DNA from: Candidatus Eiseniibacteriota bacterium
GTDB taxonomy: Bacteria > Eisenbacteria > RBG-16-71-46 > CAIMUX01 > VGJL01
Length of the DNA stretch: 64,000 bases
Reading direction: 5' to 3'
Assembly: GCA_963792585.1 (NCBI GenBank)
Contig: CAWBWI010000004.1
Span: 64,554 to 128,553, forward strand
A program made the translations under genes and the position numbers. This document shows, piece by piece, positions 58,136 through 64,000 of the stretch (positions are counted from its first letter, which is position 1; each line of letters starts with the position of its first letter). Below the pieces are notes generated by a model. It was not told the origin of the DNA and ran no database searches. It was given only the letters and a program-made list of their open reading frames with translations.

Positions 58136-58336
58136 CTAGGGCGCTCCCTTGGGGACGCTGTCGTCGCGGGGCAATTCCTCGAAGGGGACATCGACGATCT
58201 CATCGGGGCGCACCGCGGGTGGCTCGGGCTTGTTCTCGGCTGCGCGACCGGCGTCACGCGACCGCGCCCCCCGTTGGATCACCCGCAGGAGGAGGACCGT
58301 CAGGACGCAAAGGAGAGTGAATAGAAGGAGTCTCAT
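58136..58336 (-). CDS. small N-terminally anchored protein, unknown function
   Basis: 66 aa. ATG at 58336, hydrophobic N-terminus MRLLLFTLLCVLTVLLL, and an acidic/proline tail. It lies between the pilin gene and ribD. No family recognised. Confidence 0.35.
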   Translation of the reverse strand: MRLLLFTLLCVLTVLLLRVIQRGARSRDAGRAAENKPEPPAVRPDEIVDVPFEELPRDDSVPKGAP

Positions 58337-58406
58337 CGTTCCCCGGACGATAGGACCCCTCTTCCGCGAGTGTCAAGCCGACCACGAAAGCGCGATCCCG
58401 CCCGCA

Positions 58407-58805
58407 TCAGAACGCCATGTGGTGCTTCTCTCCCAGGATCAGACACTCGACCGCCGTCGCCCTCCCACCCGCGACCGTGACGTCGTAGTCGTCCGTGTCG
58501 AAACCCTCGCTGGTGGGGCACTCGCAGACTTCGTCCGCGCAGTAACCTGCGTTGTGCAGATCGAGCGAGCTGACCACCCCGTCCTGGAAGCCGGTATCCG
58601 AGCAGTAGAGGGTCGCGGCAAAGAGGAGGTTCCGCTGGTTCGAGAAGCACGATCCCCGTTGGGAACGCTCGGCGGCACGCAGGTAGTTGGGGACCGCAAT
58701 CGCCGCCAGGATGCCGAGGACGCTGACCACGAGCGCGACCTCGATCAGTGTGAAGCCTCGCCTCCCACTCGCCCCGCCGCCTGTTGTCCGCCGCGTGCCT
58801 TCCAT
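58407..58805 (-). CDS. type IV pilin-like / T2SS pseudopilin-like protein (prepilin N-terminal methylation motif)
   Basis: Trimmed to the ATG at 58805 (GGGAGG upstream). Leader MEGTRRTTGGGASGRR then GFTLIEVALVVSVLGILAAIAVPNY, the class III signal peptide with Glu at +5. The C-terminal globular part has 5 Cys. Confidence 0.85.
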   Translation of the reverse strand: MEGTRRTTGGGASGRRGFTLIEVALVVSVLGILAAIAVPNYLRAAERSQRGSCFSNQRNLLFAATLYCSDTGFQDGVVSSLDLHNAGYCADEVCECPTSEGFDTDDYDVTVAGGRATAVECLILGEKHHMAF

Positions 58806-58845
58806 GGGAACCTCCCGGTCGCGATTGACCGCTTGCCGCATACCT

Positions 58846-58861
58846 AGCAATCGCCGTTCCA
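58846..58861 (-). promoter_or_regulatory. near-consensus sigma54 promoter upstream of the pilin gene
   Basis: The minus strand reads TGGAACGGCGATTGCT against the consensus TGGCACG-N4-TTGCW: one mismatch, correct GG-N10-GC spacing, and the -12 GC ~40 nt upstream of the ATG. Confidence 0.65.
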
Positions 58862-58898
58862 ATGGCGAGTTCGCGCTATTTCAATAGGTTGACCGGAT

Positions 58899-58949
58899 TT
58901 GCAGGATGCAATCATCGGGCGTCGCGCAATGGGGCATTGCAGGATGCAA
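58899..58949. promoter_or_regulatory. two copies of the palindrome TTGCA-GGA-TGCAA (candidate enhancer-binding-protein sites)
   Basis: Identical 13-mers at 58899-58911 and 58937-58949, 38 bp centre to centre and 40-90 bp upstream of the sigma54 -24 element. Each is a 5-bp inverted repeat with a 3-nt spacer. Confidence 0.5.
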
Positions 58950-58987
58950 AAAGTCGAACCCTGCGGGGGAGGCAGTCCCCGCAGGGT
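58948..58987 (-). terminator. intrinsic terminator after the OmpA-like gene
   Basis: Perfect 11-bp stem ACCCTGCGGGG / CCCCGCAGGGT (58958-58968 / 58977-58987) with an 8-nt loop. On the minus strand it is followed by TCGACTTTTTG. Confidence 0.7.
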
Positions 58988-59061
58988 CCGGACGGGTTCT
59001 CCGGAGGCCGACCCGATGAAGGGTCGGTCCGGTCAATGCACGAACGGATCGAAGGCGCGGT

Positions 59062-60699
59062 CTACTGAATGACCTGGAACTCGATTCTCCGGTTCCGGGC
59101 GCGCCCGAGATCCGATATCGTTCGTGTCGAGCGGCTGGCTCTCACCCTTACCGTCGGTCGAAATCCGATCGGCAGACACACCGCGCTTGACCAGATAGTC
59201 CTTCACCGCCTCAGCGCGACGCGTGGAGAGCTTCATGTTCGCATCGTCACCGCCAATATTGTCGGTGTGGCCCGTGATCTTCAGCTTCCAGTTCGGATTC
59301 TCCCGCATCAGCTGAGCCGCGTTCTCGAGAATGGGAACGGGGTCGGCGCCGCTGATCTCGGCAGTCGCGAACTTGAAGTTGATGTAGGCGAGGCCCGGGA
59401 TGCAGGCGGCCTTGTTGCCACCCTCGGGACACCCGTCGGCGTCCTCGAATCCGTTGAAGTCCTCGGCCACGCTCGGGCACTTGTCGTCCTTGTCGAGGAT
59501 GCCGTCGCCGTCATTGTCGACGTCGGGGCAACCATCGCTGTCCTGCCAGCCGTCGAGGTCTTCGGCCTGATTCGGACAGTCGTCGTTCACGATCCGGGAT
59601 ACCGTCTCCGTCGTTGTCCGGATCCGGGCAACCGTCGGAATCCTGAAGCCGTCGATAGTCCTCGGCGATCGTCGGGCACTGATCGACGTTGTCGGGGATG
59701 CCGTCCTTGTCGGTGTCCTTGAGGCGTACCGATCATCTGCTCCTCCTGGCCCGAACTTCAGGGCGACCGAGAACCGGTGGTTCTCGTTCAGGAACGCCTG
59801 CTTGTCGTTGACGTAGGCGTAGTCGAAGTCCAGGAACCGAACGCGGAACCCGAGCCCGGCCGCGAAGTGGCCGTCATTGAGGCCGACGCGAATCGCAGCG
59901 CCGAGGTCCTCGTTCAAAGGAATCCGATACTCGCCGCCGAGGTGGAACTTCCAGTCCTCTTCGTCCTGGATCTTCTCCACATCGAAGGCCGCCGTCAGAC
60001 CCTGGATCGGCCAAACCGCGACGACCCGCGCGCAGGTCGGTCGGGATGTCCTGGACCTCGTCGACGCTGCCGAGCTTGCCGGCGATGTCCTGAACGTTCA
60101 GACCGAACCGAACCGCGTCGGTCAGCTGCAGGCCGAAACCAAGATCGATTCCGTAGCCATTGATCCGACTCGTCCTGCCCGACGCAACGTTCGCCGCCGA
60201 CACCCTCGTGGAGGTACTTGCCGGTGATTCCGAAGGACGCGATGTCCCACTGCTTCGCAAGCGAGAGCATGAAGGCATTGTCGCTGAAGTCGAACTGGCC
60301 GACCCGGCCGCCCGCGCCGTCACGCTGATCGATGTCGGTCATTCCCGCATTGAGCCAGTTGAAGCCGTAGGCGCCCCATCCGCCGTTGCGAGCGAAGCAC
60401 CGATCTGGTTGTACTTCCGGTCGACATCCATGCCACCCGTGAACATCCCGCCGACCTGCCAACCGCTCGTCCAGGTCAGGCCGGCCGGGTTCCAGTAGCC
60501 GGCCGTCAGATCGTTGGCGACCCCACGAACGCACCACCCATACCCAAGCGCCCGGGCGCCGACGCCCATCCTCAGATACGGCGCATTGTGATTGCTCTGG
60601 CTTGCCGACGGACTTTCTCCGCCCGGCGAGCCCCGTAAGGAAGAACGATCCCGTCAAGACCATCAGGGCCAGGATCGTTCCCCGCTTCGGTCTCTGCAT
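59062..60699 (-). pseudogene. outer-membrane protein: N-terminal beta-barrel-like domain + thrombospondin type-3 repeats + C-terminal OmpA domain; at least 10 frame changes
   Basis: Strong RBS and signal peptide MQRPKRGTILALMVLTGSFFLTG. Segments GVANDLTAGYWNPAGL, GYGIDLGFGLQLTD, repeated D.D.DG..D..D.CP units, and the OmpA core KITGHTDNIGGDDANMKLSTRRAEAV are spread over three frames. The true end RNRRIEFQVIQ-TAG is at 59062. Confidence 0.8.
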
Positions 60700-60759
60700 T
60701 TCGGTACCTCCTCCTTGTTGAACCCGTCGTCACGTATCTGTTGGAAACAGTTGGGAGGC

Positions 60760-60783
60760 GGGGGGAGCCGTCCGGCTCCCCCC
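60760..60783 (-). terminator. GC hairpin downstream of the adhesin gene (terminator-like, no clear U tract)
   Basis: GGGGGGAGCC / GGCTCCCCCC 10-bp stem with a 4-nt loop, 14 nt after the stop at 60797. Confidence 0.4.
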
Positions 60784-60796
60784 GTTCCACTGACCG

Positions 60797-63700
60797 CTAC
60801 TCCCTCCAGATGACCACCTTCAGATTCGACTCTTCGGTCCGAGCACCGTCGCTTGCGGTCACGCGGACGATGTACGCACCGTTCGCACAGCGTCGTCCCG
60901 TCATGACGCCGTGCCGCCCCAGTGGACGATCAGGCGACGACCGAGTCATGGTCTCGTGACTCTTGAGGGTCGTCACGAAGTTGCCGGCGAAGTCGTAGAT
61001 CTTGATGGTCACATCGCTCGTCTTGCTCAGGATGAAGTGGAGTGACCACATCGCCCGAGGCAGGATCGAACGGGTTCGGGTAGCTGTACACGTCGGTCAG
61101 GGTCAGCATAGGATTCTCGACCCGGACCGTCTTCGTAGCGCTGCACACATGGCCAAGCTTGTCCCTGGCCGTCGTCGTGATGGTGTAGTCGCCCGTCGCC
61201 AACGGAGCCGGGATCGTTCCCGTGAAGTGTCCGTTGTTGACGACAACGTTCTGGATCTCCAGCTCGTCACCGTTCGGTCCGTAGACCTTCACCGTGACCT
61301 CGTTGCCCATGCCCACACCGCCGTCGTTCGCAGAGACGTCGATGAGCATCGGGCTCGCCGGGTCCAGCGTCGCGCCGGGCAGGTTGATCGCGCAGTTCGG
61401 AGCCGTCATGTCGACGATGAACCGCTGTTCGACATACTGGCTTCCGCTGTTGCGGACCTGGTCGACGACACCCTGCTGTAGATGATCCGCTGCTGGCTCA
61501 GGAAGTCGAACCAGCAACTCGACCAGGATGTACATCGTCTGGCCGTTGACGGTCAGCGTGTCCACCAGGTCGCAGCCGAGCGCCGGTCCCTCACCGAGGA
61601 GGGTGCGCGTCTTGTGGCTGTAGACCGTCACCTCGAGGATGTCCCCGTCCTGGATCCGACCGCCGCCCACGATGGGCAGCTTCACGAAGAGATCCTTGCT
61701 CGGAGTCGTAGATCTCGCCGGTGCCGTAGAGAGGCGGCGCCAGATGTACGGCAGCAACTCGTCCGCCGTTCCCTGGTGCAGCAACTCGCGCTCTTCGAAC
61801 TCGTCGATGTCGGCCTGCTCGTCCTCGCCGTCGACGCGCCAGAGGTCGTAGTGGATACCCCAGTCGATCGGGGTTGAAGCAGTTGGCGTCGGTCGGATCG
61901 GTGAACGACTCGTTGAGCGCGACTTCAGTCGCCGGATCGATGAGGCCGTCGCAGTCGAGGTCGAGGAGGTACTCCTGGCGCTGCGGCCGGACGAAGATAC
62001 CCGACTCGTGGTCGGTCATCTTCACCGTCAGCATCGCAGTTGTTCGCATCCACGTACCCGCTCACGTTCTGCAGCAGCGGGTTCGAGACCCAGCCACCGT
62101 GGAACTCGATGATCGGAGCCGTCGAGGTCGACCGAGAACGGAATCGGATCGCTCACGAAGTGATCGCTCGTTCCGCTGTCGTAGCCGAACTCGACGGTCA
62201 ACGTGTGATCCCCCTGCGTCAGCCAGTCGCGCTGGAGCGGGGAGTGCCAGTAATCCAGCTCCCACACCGTCCTTTCAGCGTTCGCAGCCGACAGGTGCGA
62301 CTCACCGGCGCCCCAGGTCCAGGTGGCGATGTCTGTGTCTCGCCGTCGCCGAAGGACCCGAAGTAGGTGGCAACGTCACGCCCGTCGATCTTGACCTTGA
62401 CGGTGGAGGGGTCGATTCCCTGACCACCGACGTCGTTCAAGTACGATGTGAAGATCGGATCGGCGTCCGTCATCCAGGTGCTCAGGTACTCGGAGTGCGG
62501 CGTCACGTTGTAGACGAAGACCGGAGCCGAGCTCTTCGGAACGAAGACCTGGAAGATGTTGCCGGCGCTGTACGAGCCATCCGACTTCCCAGGCGTCGTC
62601 ACCCAACGCATTGGTCAGGTTGTCGACCTCGAAGTGGATCTCGTTTGCGGCGGCGTTGACGTGGATCTTGCTGATCCCGTCGCCCGTCCAGTAACCCACT
62701 CCGTCCTCAGGCAGCAGATCGTTCGGATCGTTGGTACCCGCGTTCGGGTTCCAACGACGAACCGTCAGCATGTCCTCGGTCACGCCATCCGTGTCGGCGA
62801 GCGCCGCATCGAGGGCCGCATCGCTGTACTTGATGGTGACCGTCGGGAAGTAACCCGAGGTGAAGGAACCCGCGATAACCGTCCGTGAGCAGCTCCATGT
62901 GGTAGGCCGACTCATCGACCGGCGTGAGGTACATCGACTGCGCGGTGCTGACCGACGGCGGGATGGTCTGGCTCACCAGGAGGCAAGCCTCGCCGCCCTG
63001 CCACGCGCCGCTCCGAATCGTCACCTTGTTCGTAAAGATCGGTGTAGCCGGGCGTGACAACCGTGCCGTTCGTGCCGAGCTCCGGAGTGACCGGGTACTC
63101 GTGCACCGACCGGCTGACCAAGTCGATGATCTTGTTGTCGGCGCCGCTCACCCAGATGGTGTAGCTGATGCAGTTCTCGTCGATGTTGTCGAGATCTCCG
63201 TACCACGTCGGATCCAGATAGATCTGGCCACGCCAAACGGTCGGATCATCGAGCGAACGAACGAGCTTGTAGTCGTCGTCCATGTCCACACCGGCTGCGT
63301 AGACGGCCCAGATATCGTCCGGATCGCAGATGTTCTCCGTGTCCGTCTCCTGAACGAACGGCTCGCCGAGGACGACCACGCGCGGACGATCCGTCGCGTT
63401 GCTCATCTTGACGGTGAGGACGGCGATCGTCGGGCTCTCGATCTGGATCGATGCCGTCTCGACGGCCGGGACGGTCGTCCGGACCGGCGCGAAGGTGATC
63501 TTCCCGTCGAAGAGCGTGACGAGGTCACAGAGAAGCGTCGGAGCGTTCTTGATCGAGATGTTGCCGGCATCGTCCTGCACCAGCGCACGCAGGCGATAGT
63601 GGAGGGCGGTCGGCAGGCTGTTCGTTCTGACCGAGGTCACCCAGAGGGCCTGCGTGATCTCGTCGCCGCTATCGAGCTCCTCGCCGACGCCGATGTTGAC

Positions 63701-64000
63701 CCAGGTCGTATCGGTGTCGGTGTCGCTCGTGACGGCGTCGTACTGGAAGTGGACGATGTCGTAGCCATCCGGATCGCTCTCGGCGACCGCGTAGATCTTC
63801 ACGCAGGTCTGCGGATCCTCGCCATGAGTCTCGAGGTCCGGATCGAACGCGATGATCCGCGCCGACGGCGGCGTGATGTCGACGATCTTGATCTCATACG
63901 ACGCGCTGTCGGTGTGATTGCCGCAGGAGTCGTACGCGATGACCTTCACCTCGAGGAGCGTGCCCTCGGGGATTCCGGTCGTGTTCCAGATCACCGACGC
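60797..64000 (-). pseudogene. 3' part of a very large Ig-like/cadherin-like surface protein with a FlgD-Ig/T9SS-type C-terminal domain; at least 8 frame changes; 5' end outside the window
   Basis: Beta-rich repeats are read across ORFs 62912..63994, 62707..63060, 62376..62915, 62219..62611, 62028..62267, 61591..62049, 60930..61784 and 60797..61051. The C-terminus is YSYPNPFDP...DVTIKIYDFAGNFV...GAYIVRVTA. The frame is open at 64000. Confidence 0.7.

Noticed and set aside
58089-58406. An FMN (RFN) riboswitch expected upstream of ribD.
   Set aside because: No RFN-like conserved core (for example GGGUGAAAUUCC or GGAUG..AGAAG) is seen on the minus strand. The space is occupied by a small ORF and short spacers.
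28078-63030. Programmed ribosomal frameshifting or transcriptional slippage as the explanation for the frame changes.
   Set aside because: There are about 40 events, in both directions, several per gene, with no common slippery heptamer or downstream structure, and they hit unrelated genes. Sequence error, or less likely decay, fits better.
1-64000. CRISPR arrays, IS elements, integrases, prophage genes, toxin-antitoxin pairs and defence islands.
   Set aside because: I noticed no regularly spaced direct repeats, transposase/integrase motifs or phage-like genes. The only repeat structures are the 333-719 inverted repeats, the hexamer tract and the promoter-proximal 13-mers.

Overview
This is a GC-rich bacterial chromosomal segment, roughly two thirds G+C by eye (not computed). 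Nearly all credible genes lie on the minus strand, and about 15 neighbouring pairs share 1-4 nt start/stop overlaps (NTGA). The long plus-strand ORFs in the track are antisense shadows.

Content, left to right:
1. 0.7-14.1 kb, signalling and motility-regulator block: a REC-GAF-HisKA hybrid kinase, a GAF-GGDEF cyclase, fliA, flhG, an NtrC-type sigma54 activator with a PAS kinase, a YcgR-like PilZ protein, a FlgM-like ORF, csrA and fliW, plus a divergent PDZ-TM-GAF-PP2C phosphatase. No flagellar structural gene is in view.
2. uppP, trpA, a TPR protein, an MglA-family GTPase with a ~260-aa Pro-rich C-terminal extension, recG, rpmB and a second TPR protein.
3. 22.9-40.1 kb, a complete dcw cluster: mraZ-[STAS-like ORF]-rsmH-ftsL-ftsI-murE-murF-mraY-murD-ftsW-murG-murC-ftsQ-ftsA-ftsZ.
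4. 40.2-53.9 kb, a 13.6-kb glycan/glycosylation operon. In transcription order: methyltransferase, GT4, DUF2723/TMEM260-like GT-C with TPRs, epimerase, GtrB/ArnC-like GT2, UDP-glucuronate decarboxylase, Dpm1-like GT2, GT2-phosphoglycosyltransferase fusion, a beta-propeller protein with a FlgD-Ig/T9SS-type C-terminal domain, and a GT4-like enzyme.
5. nusB-ribH-ribBA-ribE-ribD.
6. A type IV pilin-like gene behind a near-consensus sigma54 promoter, an OmpA/thrombospondin-repeat outer-membrane protein, and the 3' 3.2 kb of a giant Ig-like surface protein with the same type of C-terminal domain.

I recognised no rRNA, tRNA, CRISPR array, transposase or integrase.

Major oddity: I found no frame disruption in 0-28 kb, but roughly 40 single-base frame changes (manual lower bound) in 28-64 kb. 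They cluster in murG/murD/mraY/murF, the Dpm1-like and UXS genes, the GT4/methyltransferase/nusB stretch, the OmpA-like gene and the adhesin. Most of the resolved cases are +1 in short homopolymers, so consensus error is more likely than real decay.

Best candidate for an undescribed system: the operon that couples polyprenyl-phosphate sugar synthases and a TPR-bearing TMEM260-like GT-C enzyme with a secreted beta-propeller cargo, which could be periplasmic protein glycosylation. The lineage guess (FCB-group-like or Gemmatimonadota-like, from the C-terminal sorting domains) is inference only.
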